Shown here: positions 25,373 through 38,892 of the stretch, piece after piece | Position numbering within the stretch: the stretch's first letter is position 1 | Layout of the letters: each line of letters opens with the position of its first letter | Assembly: GCF_006345805.1 (NCBI RefSeq) | Contig: NC_043013.1 | Span: 26,040,001-26,104,000, forward strand | Length of the DNA stretch: 64,000 bases | Direction: 5' to 3' | Source of the DNA: Octopus sinensis | Taxonomy: Eukaryota | Notes under the pieces: generated by a model | Told to the model about the DNA's origin: nothing | Databases searched by the model: none | The model's input: only the letters and a program-made list of their open reading frames with translations | Made by a program: the position numbers and the translations under genes

Positions 25373-27033
25373 GTAAGTATGACATGAAAAATTACATTTA
25401 AAATCAACATTTGTTATTAAAATGTGCCATTTAAAACGAACACATCTAATTATTGGAAGCAATTAAATGAAAAATAAATAAAAAAATGAGATAATTCCTT
25501 GAAACTAGTAGAAGGGAGGTAATTCATGGTGACTAGGTTTTCGGAGTACAGAGAAAGAGAAGTGTTGTTTATCGCTAAAATACACTTGTTATTCTCCCTG
25601 TTATCATTGTTCTTATTTTCAGTAAGGATTGAGATTGTTGTTGAATTATTGTCAGTCCAAAAGTCTTTTTACTGAAATTTCATCGGGTACATGCCTAAAA
25701 AAAAATCGAAGAAATTCTAATTTAATAAATCATTATACGGTCTTAAGTATAATAAAATTTAACAACTTAATCCTACTAGATTAAAATTTATTATAAATAT
25801 CATTTTAAATATACTTAAGTGCCATGTTTATACTTTTGTTGCAGTCAACAATTAAATAATCTAGCTTCTTCACCTGAGAACATCATGAAATTAAAGCTTT
25901 TAACTGCCAAATTAAATTTTATGGTTATTCCAGTAATTATGTGAAATATCCACCAAGAAATAGATTTAGTATTTTTGCAAGCCTAGTCGCCTCAATAAAC
26001 TTCACATATCTCAACAAAGAAAAAAGTTTCAAGCATGAAATTCCTTAACAAAAGATAGCTTGGTACATTAAACTGCTTTCTGTTGTTGAGAGAATTAAAT
26101 TTTCGGTTGATGTGTCTGGTTTCTGTAGAGACAGGATTAAGATAGAAACACATTTAGCAAATAGAATTATTGTTATCTCAAGATATCATGATGTTTGATT
26201 ACATTTATGGATTCAGCAAACTTGTAAATTAAATTATGTGAATGTAGATATGTGAGTCGTGAGTAGTCTTCAGTAATTTGGTCGCTAAAATATGTTGCTG
26301 TATTAAATTTAGATGGGTTTAAATCCTAAATATCTGTTCAGCAGGGTTAATAATGTTTTCCTGGACACAGTTCATCCCTGTACAAAGCTACTTTAGTAGC
26401 AAACACAACAATGGTTGAAACCTTTTCATACCAAGCCCCCACCCACCCCACCCACTACCACTCAAATTCTAGGACACAAATTTCCTGTTTTAAATTAAAG
26501 CTTTCCATTAAAATTTATGTTAATTTATGTTCCAGGGACCAGCCTGTTAACACAATTATTTAATTAAATTCTTTGTTATTTCCAAAATTAATTGAAACAA
26601 AGAAATTTGGTTACAAATAGGTTAACATAAATTGTTAACATTTTTTGCTTCATCAATTTACAAAACCTTTTTCGGGAAAAACATAAAATGGTGGGGTAAT
26701 GACAAAATCAATAACTTCAAAGGGTGTGGGGGATTGTTTATGTGCAAACGGCATTATTATCTGCAACAAATGGTATCTGGTGGTTGTTGCAGGTTTATAG
26801 GTTTTTGAATTACCGATACATGAAAGAAAATTTGCTGCATAATCATTACCTCTAAATAAGTAATAATTACTTCTAAATAAGATGGGAAAGATTCACAAAA
26901 ATTCCTTAAACACATTGATAATTTCAGTTTTGTAGGGTTGTTTGAGGGGTGGGGTAGAATGTAAGAAAAACAAAAACAAATATTTTCCTTGCAAGCGAGA
27001 AATAAACTTCGAAATATTAAGTAACGTAATATA

Positions 27034-27102
<69 letters not shown>

Positions 27103-27148
27103 ATTACTTTCTGATAATGACTTTGATGTTTTTTGTTTTCTTTCACAG

Positions 27149-27311
27149 CTTTTGTAATGATGTATATGGAATGATTGGGAAGAGACCAAATATAATTTGG
27201 CGTGTCTTGTGGAAGTTTATTGCTCCTGCTCTTATTCTCATTCTTCTTGTGTCCACCATTATAATGAAGTTTATCGATCCTGTTACTTACAAAGCTTACA
27301 ACAAAAACGAG
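27149..27311 (+). CDS. SLC6 transporter exon encoding TM11
   Basis: cacAG acceptor and GTGGGT donor, 163 nt, phase 2 to 0. FCNDVYGMIGKRPNIIWRVLWKFIAPALILILL... has the F..D...MIG.RP...W...WKFI.P motif. Confidence 0.94.
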
Positions 27312-27648
27312 GTGGGTTTCTTTTATTTATTTTTCTTATATATTTTTAAGCATTATCTTTTATTTCTTAACCTCACCCCACTCTCAGCTGTGCATCATCC
27401 ACTCACAACTTTTGCACCACACCCCAGATCCATGCTGATGCTTTAAAAAGAGTCCCCAAAATATCCTCCAATGGGATCATATCTATCTTGTCTCTTTCAA
27501 AAGCAAGAAAGCACAAATTCTACTCGGTTTCAGGAAATATTGTTGTACCATAGATGCTAAGTTGTGGGGAGGTAAACACACCAACAGCGGTTGTCAAGCA
27601 ATGGCAGTGGGGACAAACACAGACACACAAATATATACATACATACAT

Positions 27649-27705
<57 letters not shown>

Positions 27706-28147
27706 TACATACATACATACATACATACATACATACATACATACATCTGTGTACCAAATCCACTCACAAGGCTTTGGTCACCTCGAGGCTATAGTAGAAG
27801 GCACTTACCTAAGGTGCCACACAGTGGGATTGAATCCAGAAGTATGGAAGCAAGCTACTTACCACACAGCCACTTCCATGCCCTTCATTTTGGGATCGTC
27901 ACTACTTTATTATCTCCCTTTCTTCCTAACTCTTCTGTGTGACCCCTCTGTCCAGTATTCACCATGATAGATTGCTAGCCACTACACATTCTTTATTTTC
28001 TCTCCCTGTTTCTTTCTGTATTCCTTTCTGTGGAAGAGTGTAGGCTCGAAATGTTAAACACTTTTTCACTTCCTGAACATTAAAAGAATACATCTGTTTG
28101 TTGTCTACACCACTTGTCTTTGTCTTTTGTATTTTTGTGAATTTTTC

Positions 28148-28200
<53 letters not shown>

Positions 28201-29735
28201 CAACAGGCTTCTTTCAGTTTCCTTCTATCAATTCCTCTCACATGGTTTTGGCTGGCCTGAGGCTATAGTAGAAGGCACTTGCCCAATGTACCATACAGTG
28301 GGACTGAACCCAGAACCATGTGGTTGGGAAGCAAACTTCTTACCACACAGTCACTCCTGCACCTATGCTCATGAATGCTCCAAATGTTGGATGTCAGCAT
28401 CTCTAAGGATGTCTCTTCTGGTAAAAATCATGTCCTTAATTTAATTTGGATCACATCTCAATGACTTGACCTTCTCTTCTGGACCAGAAAATGATACAGA
28501 CCCAAGATTATTTACATTCCAAAAAGCTCATATGAGGACCACATTGGAGTATAGCTTTCAAATCTAAAACTGATATCAATGTATCATGGTTTTCACCAGG
28601 CTATCAGATGTTATACATTGCTGGTCACAATGCACTTTACATTGTTTTTAGCTTCTGAATGATGCCACTCCACTGGTTAAGCAAGCAGACTAACATTCTC
28701 CCCTCACCGGAAGGCCAGTCCATCACAGGGTGACCCATTTACCGGGACAACATGAAAAGAAGTGCTTTACTCAAGAACGCAATTCATTACCCAGTTTGGG
28801 AATTGAACCTATGATCAAGCAATCCTGAGTGCAACACCTTAACCACTGAGCCACGTGCCTTCACTTGAACAGATTGACAGCTGCTATATCCACATGTAGA
28901 AACCCTAGACTACATCTCAGACACCAAACTGGTTAGCATGATGTAACTGATTCAGTTCTCAAATCAAGTTACTTGCTAAATGAACGCAGATCCAAGATTA
29001 AGTGTGTGGTTCAATATATTATTTTCTAGTTTTATTTCTATTGATTTAAGTCTTTGGACTGCTGCCAGGTGGGAGCCATCTTGAGCGTTTTACTCAAACA
29101 AATAGACTCCAATTATTATTTTTTAATCCGGTGTTTATTCTATCGGTTTCTTTTGCCAGACTGCTAAGTTACAGGTGTTGTAAACAAACCAATATCAGCT
29201 ATCAAACAGTGGCCAGCAAGGAAAATAAACACAGATATATCATCATCATCATCATCATCATTTAATGTCTGCTTTCCATGCTGGCATAAGTTGAACAGTT
29301 TGACTGAAACTGGTAAGCTGGGATGGAGGTGGTTAGTCGGGATGGGCACCAGGTTCTGATCTGATTGGGCAAGGTATCTACAGCTGGATGCCCTTCCTAA
29401 CGACAACCATTCTGAGAGTGTAGTGGTTGGCATTGTCTTCCATGCTAGTGGCACGTAGAAAGCACTATCCAAACATGATCGATGCCAGGCCCACCTGAGA
29501 GACTCCTATGCTGGAGTGGTTGGTGTTAGGAAGGGCGTCCAGCCATAGAAAGCTTGCCAAATCAGATTGGAGCCTGATGCAGCTTCCTGGCTTTCCAAAC
29601 TGCAATCTAACCATCCAACCCATGCCAGCATGGAAAGCGGGCATTAAACGATGATAATAATAATGATGATGATGATACATACACACACACATACACACAG
29701 ACACACACACACACACATATATATGTATTATATAT

Positions 29736-29774
<39 letters not shown>

Positions 29775-30375
29775 CATATATATATATTTATATATATCAC
29801 ATATATATATATATATATAATATATATATATATATATGTATGTATGTATATATATATGTATATATATATGTATGTATATATATATATGTGTGTGTGTGTG
29901 TATGTATATATATATACAATATATAGATATATACATATATAAATACAATAAGCTTCCATACAGTTTCCATACACCAAATTCACTCCTGAGGCTTTGGTTG
30001 GTCCAGTGCTACAGTAGAACACACCCGCCCAAGGATTGAACCAGAAAGAACTCCGTCACAAAGTATACTTTCTCAATCACACAGCCTTGCATGTGCCTTT
30101 ATCTTTTACTTGTTTCGGGCATTAAACTATGGCCATGCTGGATCACTGCTTTAGAGAATTTTTAAAATTGAAGGAATCAATCTCAGTATTTCTTTTTTTT
30201 TTCTCTCTTAAGCCTGCTATGTATTTTATCAGGTGTTTTGCTGAACCACTAAGTTATGGGGACGTACACCAGTTGGTGGTAGTGGGGGAACAAACGCAGA
30301 CACAAAGACACACACACACTGACATACATACATACACACATACATCATACATACATACATACATACATACATACA

Positions 30376-30408
<33 letters not shown>

Positions 30409-30668
30409 GGATATATACATATAAGACGGGCTTCCTTCAGTCTCCGACTTCCAAATCCACTCACAAAGCTTTGGTCAGTGCAAGGCTGTAGCAGAAGACA
30501 TTTGCTCAAGGTGTCACACAGTGGGACTGAACCCAGAACCATGTGGTTGAAAAGCAAGTTTCTTACCACAGGTTTGTGAGGAGATAGCTGGCGATTCGCT
30601 TTGTAGCTTCTCAGTTTTCTGCCAAATATAATTTTTCAGGCAACATCAAGTTAAATACTTGACATTAA

Positions 30669-30883
30669 CCCATCAAGGCGTAGCGTCCAGAAAAATGGAG
30701 GCAGGAAAAATTACTGTTGCTTGTCAAGTAAACTGTCTATCTATTTTGGTTTAGTCTGCTTCTAAACTGGTGCTCTGTTAGTGAGCAAGCGCTGCATACA
30801 AACAAACCAACTAGACACTCGTACGAAGCACGTAATAGTAATTTTCCCTGCGTCCAATTTTCTGGACGCCATGCATTAATGGG
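30669..30883. mobile_element. piggyBac-type MITE
   Basis: TTAA on both sides (30665-30668 and 30884-30887), CCC...GGG ends, and about 47-bp imperfect TIRs. Confidence 0.88.
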
Positions 30884-31504
30884 TTAACAAGACACCGATT
30901 GGGCTTCTATACAGGGGAGAACACTCTGATGGCATGATAGGGGTCAAGGGAAACAACCCAATATGCAAACATTTTTGAAAACGAAATTCTGAAGAGAAAC
31001 TAAAATTTTTGCAGTTTCAGCAGTTAAAGGATCCAGAAGTTTTTTTTTTCAATCAAACACACTCTTCCATTCTTAGCTCCGTTAATATTCAAAGGAGTTC
31101 TGTTCATGATGATCCAGATTATGGAGACAATTTCGCTACTCACTAACTGCGACAGACAGATGGAAATGTGTACGTATACATGTGTGTGTATACGTACATG
31201 TGTATGTATGTATGTATGTATGTATGTATGTATGTATGTATGTATGTATGTATGTATGTATGTATGTATGTATTCATATACGTACTGACGAAAATATTTT
31301 ACTGAGACTGTATACATACATACATACATACATACATACATACATACATTACACATGTACGCACACACATACACGTACACACTCACATCCCTTCTTCCAC
31401 CTATGAATACATATATTGATGTTCTTATGTATCCATGTACCCTTTAAATTATTTGCTACCACTTTCCACAATAGTAACAACACTTTATTTATTGGATGGT
31501 GTAG

Positions 31505-31909
31505 GGATCTTTTCGGTTTGAACGGCAGTTTTTCTAGCGGTGTCATATGAAATTGTCACCCATAATTATGACCCTAGTATCGATCTAGTGCATTTCAATC
31601 TGTTTTAGGGTTAGGGTTAGGGGTGGAGTATCTTTTTTTCTTCAGAAATGTAAATAAACCCAATCTGTTTCTTAAACGAGGGACATATTCATACGGCAAT
31701 GTTTTCACCTCAATAGACGTCACTGATTGGTTGAAATTGCAGAAATTGAAGAAAAAAAACAACAAATATCTTACAAACTATAGAATTTTCTCAATAAAAC
31801 CAAGAGAAAAAGATGTTTTATAAACACATTCTACCAGTATACGAAGTTTAAAAGTGTTTAGTTACGTGGAAATTATTTTAAAAAACTGCCGGTCAAACCA
31901 AAAAGATCC
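31505..31909. mobile_element. MITE with about 29-bp TIRs, 8-bp TSD and internal (TTAGGG)3; Merlin-like assignment tentative
   Basis: GGATCTTTTCGGTTTGAACGGCAGTTTTT / AAAAACTGCCGGTCAAACCAAAAAGATCC. TSD tggtgtag/tgatgtag. Confidence 0.75.
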
Positions 31910-32040
31910 TGATGTAGTTCTAGATACACTGTATCTAGAAAAACTATGATGGAATGGCCATGAATGGACCATCTATAATCATAAGTTCTTTCTGTTTTAT
32001 TTATTAAGGATGATCTGGGTCTAAACAACCAGAAGCTGTA

Positions 32041-32504
32041 CAGGGCGGGGCCAAGTGTCACACACCAAAACATATGGCATTTTATTTGCGTTACGATATC
32101 TTAATATATAAAACAGTTTTGTGTGCATGTTTGTGTGTGTGCGCACATGCGTATGTTCCTTATGGAAGGCCAACCACTGACTTGTGTTTGAATTTGGTAG
32201 ACAGAAACTGCAGCGTTGTTCATCAGAAAATTACCAAAAAACATGTTTATAAAGAAGTGTTGTTTGCTTCCTACTCCTTGTGTACCGATTCTACCCAAGT
32301 AATACAATGTGGCTGTAGGTCATAACACCTGGGCAACGTCGGGATGCATTGCTAGTTATTGTTACTATTCCTTTTGTTCATTATGTACATGTGTATTTGT
32401 CATTATTTTATTTGTTTCATTCAATTTTTTAAAAATCAAACCATGTCTTTGACAATTCCAGAGTGTATTGAACTTATTTTGTACGTGATTTTTGGCCCAC
32501 CCTG
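32041..32504. mobile_element. Tc1/mariner-type MITE interrupted by a SINE fragment
   Basis: TA-CAGGGCGGGGCCAAGTGTCAC ... GTGATTTTTGGCCCACCCTG-TA. Confidence 0.7.
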
Positions 32505-32578
32505 TATATTCCTCTTATGGCATTGCTGTGAAATCTGTCTCAGGTTTTAACAAATATTTTTTGTTTCATCTTTTTCAG

Positions 32579-32872
32579 GCCACTTTGTATGATATGCAGT
32601 ACCCTCTCTTTGCTAGCCTCATTGCTGGGTTCCTGGTCTTGCTACCGATAGTTTGGCTGCCAGGAATAGCTCTCACCCGGCGCTTTGGAATGTTCAGATA
32701 TGAACCAGAAACAGCACCAATCGGTATGGAAGGAATCATTAGTTCTAGAACAGCATTTGTGGATGTCACAGACAATGCATCTGAAAGTACAAATGGTAGA
32801 AAATCGGTGATACATGCAACTTCAGATGGAACAAGACTAGCAAAGCCGAGAAGTGGAGAAAATTTTGTATGA
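32579..32872 (+). CDS. SLC6 transporter terminal coding exon (TM12 and C-tail)
   Basis: tttttcAG acceptor, phase 0. ATLYDMQYPLFASLIAGFLVLLPIVWLPGIAL...GENFV, then TGA at 32870-32872. The joined exons total 1218 nt, an exact multiple of 3. Confidence 0.92.
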   Translation, partial: ATLYDMQYPLFASLIAGFLVLLPIVWLPGIALTRRFGMFRYEPETAPIGMEGIISSRTAFVDVTDNASESTNGRKSVIHATSDGTRLAKPRSGENFV

Positions 32873-34506
32873 AACCATGATTTAATTTTTTTTTTTTAAT
32901 GTTTGTGTCTGCAGAAATTTGAACACAGCAAAATGACTTATTCTTATATAATTAATAGAAAAAAGAAATTCTCAAATAATGAAATGGGTGATTCTAACTT
33001 TTGAACAATTATGTGTATATATGAATGTATGTAAATGTAATGAGTGAGTGTGTGCAGAAGAGAAAGACAGAGTGAGAGTGAGAGTGGGTGAGGGAAAGGG
33101 AGAAAGAGTTGAAGTGTAACTGTATATAGTCATAGAAAGACTTGATTGTATATAACTGTATATATGTATCTAAATGCATATGGATGTGTTTATTGGTGGC
33201 AGTGTGTAAACACATTTATAAATATGTGTGTATGTGTGCATGTGTGTGTGAAAGGATGGATGTAGACTATGGCATAGCAAGCATTTTCAGTGTCTGGGGT
33301 CAAAGACTTTTTAGCACTTCCACCTTTTAAGTAACCAACATGATAAACCAGAAGAAATTTTACATCCTTTCACTCCTGGGTCCAGAAGGAGAGAAGACTA
33401 CTCTACCTACTCTCTCTCTCTCTCTTTCTCTCTTTCTTGTTATGCCTCTCTGTATAGACGTGTGCCCATGTAAAGAATTGCTCAAACAATAGTTGGTCTT
33501 CATTCATGTAAAATATATATATATATATTTATAATTCCAAACTCAGAATTTTATACTGAACAAGCTCTGGCATTGGTTAGCAATGTTTTCTCTTATTTGG
33601 TTTGTAATTGCACCAGAGATTGGTGTGTTTTTTGACAGCAGTGAAGGGTTTCTCTCACCTTAGTTACTAACAGCTTCTGTGTCAAACTCCATTAACATTA
33701 TACAGTATTTAGTGGAAATATCAGTTTGGCTGCTAGTTTCTTGTGTCATGACTGAGCTTGAGAAACATTTTATAAGATTAAAATGTGATAACTGGTTGAT
33801 TCAATGAGTACCAGGCCTGAAGTACAACAAAATTAATGAAAAATAATTTATATCTATCATGGACAGTATGAAGTACAACATGTATAGGCATTACTTCTCT
33901 TAATAACCACCAAAATTGTTGACACATGTCTCACCTTTTTGGCATGTTGATACAGAGCTGTTTAATTTTAGTAGCATGGCCAAACAATTAAGATCTTTTT
34001 AATCTATTCCTAGAGGTATCAAGTTCAAGCCCAATGCAAGGCAACATAGGAATGTATTATTTTAACACTTGAGTTGACCAGAGTTTTGTAAGAGAACCGG
34101 TGTCGAGAGAAGCTCTGCTCAAGTTCATAACATGGATTGTACTTGTAATTCAAAAATCCAAACTTATCACATACAGCACCATGCTGATTCTGTTTAAGGA
34201 TTACATTAAAGGTGCACATGTTTGTGGAGTACTCAGCCACTTATATAACTAATTCAGTTACCTGTTTGAACAACTGAAGAGTCATTGCTGAAACTGTTAT
34301 AGATCTATTTCTAATGTCCAGTTTACCAATTTATTGGTGCTGGCTCTGTTCTTTTAGATAATAGCCATATTTAAATACACCAACATATCAATGCCTTTTT
34401 ATGCATTAGAAACGTCCAATATCAAATTTTAATAAATCGGTCAAGAATCTAATCCTACAACACGACAGAGCAACAAACTTTGATTTTCAAAAATATAATC
34501 GTTTAA

Positions 34507-34901
34507 CCCTTTAACATTAAGATTATTTTGTCAAGTGCAATGGCTGTAACTGACATTATTTTGAGGCCGATCTAGGTGTATACACACCACTTGCATACAC
34601 ACCATTTGTGTACACACCATTTGCATACACAGCATCCGCGTACACACCATTTGTCAACAAGGAAGATATATTCTCCATGACAAAACGCAGTGAGTAACTT
34701 ATTCCCCCAGTTTGAACGTGCATCAAGCATATTGGTACTGATAATAAAATTACTCAGGCATTGTTTTGTAGCTTTGAGATTTTAATGATTTTATTGTAGA
34801 ATGACATTGTAGGGTGGGTGTGAAAGGCTGGATCTGGCTAGTTTGAATATAAAACAGATGGAATATCTGGGCTGGATATGGCTGGTTTTAACACTAAAAG
34901 G
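34507..34901. mobile_element. degenerate piggyBac-type MITE
   Basis: TTAA-CCCTTTAACATT left end and ctaaaagg-ttga right end. Confidence 0.55.
34581..34655. repeat. 15-bp minisatellite, 5 units
   Basis: Unit TACACACCATTTGCA with variants. Confidence 0.9.
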
Positions 34902-36096
34902 TTGATGCAGTTTTAAAGAGTTTTAAGATTGATCAAAACGGTTGACATCCCTTATTTGCGATGCCATTTGATCTTTGAAAGACATCAAAGCTAGCAGAAT
35001 CGTCTCCATGCTGGGCAACATGCTCAGCAGCATTACTGCTGGGTTTTACATTCTTAGTTCAAATTTTGTTGAGGTCTGTTTTGCCTTTCGGGGTCAACAA
35101 AATAAGTACCAGTTGAGGGAAGGGGCTGCTGTAATCGACTTGCCCCTTCCCTCAGACTTGTGCCAGAATTTGAAACCAATGTTCGTTTGACCTTCAAACC
35201 AATGTTCGTTTGACCTACTGGAACCGAAGAAGCTTGGAGAAAATAAAAGGATGTCAGGGTATGTCAGCAGCCATGATGCTGGTATGTATTAACTTTGGAT
35301 ATCCTTACGAAATTCTTCATGAGAACTTTTGAAAGAGATTCAATGCTTGCCAAACGATGCTACTTGAGAAACTCAGTCATGAACATTATAAAATTTTAAG
35401 TTTTGAATTACAAATAATTAATTTATATATGTGTAATTGCTTGACCATTGGGTTCACTATCAAATATATGAGTGTGTGTGTGTGTGTACAGACAGCAGTG
35501 CTTGGTGCATTCTTCCAACTTGCCAGTTCCTGTCACACCATCTGACCCATGCCAGCATGGGAAACAGATGTTAAGTGATGATAACCTGTGTACATGTGTG
35601 TGCAATGTGTGTGTGTGTAGAATATGAGAATGCTTGTGTAAATAGATATCCATGAATGCCCTTGTTGATGATTCCTTTCAAAAACAAACCGTTCCTTCCC
35701 TTCTCATACAACATAATACTTACAAAGAATTATAAAGCATTCAGTATTTTGAAATAATTCTTCACTAATCTCAAAGGATCTAGACACAAAGACACCTGTC
35801 AAAATTACTTTCAAAAGTGAAAGTGATTTTTATAAAAATCGTATTTTTTATTTTTTATTTCAAAGGAAAACACCAAAGAATTTCTGTCTTTCAGTTTTGG
35901 ATCTGTGTTACAATCAAAGTATGGTTTTGTTGTATTTTATATCCTGGATTTTGGTTAAAATTCAATATTGTTGTTTTGTTCGTGGCATTACAATTTTACT
36001 CCCAATCTCTTTCTTGTATGCGTGTGTGTATGTGTATATTTGTACATATATATGTCAATATACATACATATTTAAATGTGTATGTGTGTGTGTATG

Positions 36097-36158
<62 letters not shown>

Positions 36159-36427
36159 TACACATACGTAAATATACATATATGTATACATACATATTCA
36201 TATACATATGTGTGTAATATATGTGACTACATGGCCGACCAGATTTTCAGATGTCATTACACATCACTGGTCACAATACACTTTACATCGTTTTAGCCTT
36301 TGAATGATGTCATCCCGCTGGCTAGGCAAGCAGGCCAATATTTCCCTTCGATCAAAAGGGAGACAGCCTGTGAATTGAACACACAATGTTGTGATTGTGG
36401 ATCCAAAAGCCTGACCACTAGGCCACA

Positions 36428-36482
<55 letters not shown>

Positions 36483-36646
36483 ATATACACACACACACAT
36501 ATGTATATATATATGAGAATGTATATAGAAGACTCTTGACAGGACTTCTTACATGCTAAAAAGGCCAGTTAAACACAAAGCACAAGAAAAATAATTCTTA
36601 AGGCATGCTGATAAAGGCACGTATATACATATACATACATACATAT

Positions 36647-36698
<52 letters not shown>

Positions 36699-36821
36699 TA
36701 CATACATACATATATATATGCACACATATATTTATATATATATATATATACATATATACATACATACATACATACATACATACATACATACATACATACA
36801 GACAGACAGACAGACACACAG

Positions 36822-36858
<37 letters not shown>

Positions 36859-37499
36859 TATATATATCTTCAGTTGTGTCTCTCTTTTATTTTTTTAAAG
36901 TTTTTCTCCATTGTTTTTCATGCCATTTGTTAATTCTTCCTGACATTCAAATTAGTTAATCATGTTATTACATTTTTATAACAATCAAAAAAAAGTATTT
37001 CCATGTTATATTGTTATATCTCTTTTTTTCATTATTATTCTATATTTAACATTGATATCTGTTTTCTGCCATATTTTTTTCATTTAACAATTAATACAAA
37101 AAGTACATTTGTTTTTTTTTTGGTTCCTTCTTTTTTGATGCTGTATAAAAATCCTCAGTAGTTCTCTTACAAATCATCTCCAAATTTTCTATCACAATTG
37201 TAGACAAAGAACTTTCTCTACAAATGAGATTCATAATCTAATTGTTATTATTATTTTTATTATATAACATGGTGAGCCGGCAAAAATCATTATATGCCAG
37301 AGAAAATCGTTGGCATGCCAGACAAAATGGCTTACCAGCATTTCATCCATCTTCACATTCAGAGTTTAAATTCCATTGTGGTCAACTTTGCCTTTAATCC
37401 TTTCGAGATCAATAAAATAAATACCAGTCAAGCACTGGGGTAGATGTATTCAACTATATCCCTCTCCCAAAATTGCTGGCCTGGTGCCAAAACTTGAAA

Positions 37500-37538
37500 C
37501 TATCATCATCATCATCATTATTACTATTATTATTATAA

Positions 37539-37581
<43 letters not shown>

Positions 37582-37662
37582 CATTATTATTAAGGCATAG
37601 AAATAATAATAATAATTGTTATTAGAAATAATAGTAGAAATAATGATAATAATAGAGATAAT

Positions 37663-37742
<80 letters not shown>

Positions 37743-37763
37743 ATTATTATTATCATTATTATT
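37500..37763. repeat. (ATT)n/(AAT)n microsatellite with strand switches
   Basis: Direct reading. Confidence 0.9.
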
Positions 37764-38190
37764 AAGGTGGCGAGCTGGCCAAATCATTAGCATGCCGGGT
37801 GAAATGCTTAGCGGTATTTTGTCACTGGAATTTGAACTCTGAGTTCAAATTCCAATGAGGTCGACTTTGCCTTTCATCCTTTTAGGGTCAATAAATTAAG
37901 TACCAGCAAAAGACTGGGGTCGATGTAATTGACTAGTCCTCTCTCCTATAACTTAAAATCTTTCAGTCTTGATAAAAAACAAAAAAAAAATGATAGAGGA
38001 AAAATTGGTTTTATCAGAAGGATGGCTCTGGAGGTGTGTGAGACAGTAAGTAGAATGTTGGACCAATATCTACACAATATTATCATTCAGTTTTGTCCCT
38101 CTGCATTTTACTTCAAGGATCACCTTATCTATTCATCGTTTTAGCATTAAGAAAATTGTGAAAATATTTTGTACTGGATTCAAGTGTAAG

Positions 38191-38358
38191 CACTAGCACA
38201 GCTAGGGTGTAGGTGGGTAGGGGTGGTCAACCCCAGGTAGCACTTATAAAGGGGCAGCACTTTTGGGTCTGCTGTAGACAATATGTGTTTTTTGTGGGGT
38301 CTGGGGGCAGCAAACAGAAGGGCCACCCCAGGTGGCACACACTCTAGCTACACTTGTG
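38191..38358. mobile_element. hAT-type MITE
   Basis: Exact 8-bp TSD AGTGTAAG at 38183-38190 and 38359-38366. Degenerate TIR ...agctagggtg / cactctagct... Confidence 0.75.
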
Positions 38359-38628
38359 AGTGTAAGTGAGCAAAAGCAATCTTTATCATTATCATCATTA
38401 TTATTATTACTATTATTATTATTATTTGGCAGAATCATTAGCATGCTGGGTGAAATGCTTAGCGGTATTTCATCTGTCGTTACATTCTGAGTTCAAATTC
38501 TGCTGAGGTTGACTTTGCCTTTCATCCTTTCGGGGTCGATAAAATTAGTACCAGTTACACACTGGGGTCGATGTAATCGACTTAATCCCTGCCCCCAAAT
38601 TTGAGGCCTTGTGCTTCTAGTAGAAAGG

Positions 38629-38663
<35 letters not shown>

Positions 38664-38857
38664 CATCATTAACATTATCATCATTACCTTTGTACAACTT
38701 CTAACCCTGGAGATGTACTACGGTATCAGCTGGTCACTACCAGTGAACTAAGGCAACATGCTATATTTATGATCCAGCTTAGTTTGCTTTCTGTCTTAAT
38801 TAAGACTATGTCTGGCATCCTATTCTCTATCTCATGGTCACACTATTATTATTATTA

Positions 38858-38892
<35 letters not shown>

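Noticed and set aside
31605-31622. Telomere or chromosome-fusion site
   Set aside because: There are only three units, inside a MITE.
32858-32872. C-terminal PDZ-binding motif (ENFV)
   Set aside because: Asn at position -2 fits none of the canonical classes.
34431-34436. AATAAA as the gene's polyadenylation signal
   Set aside because: The hexamer is frequent in this AT-rich DNA, and the 3' end cannot be placed without transcripts.
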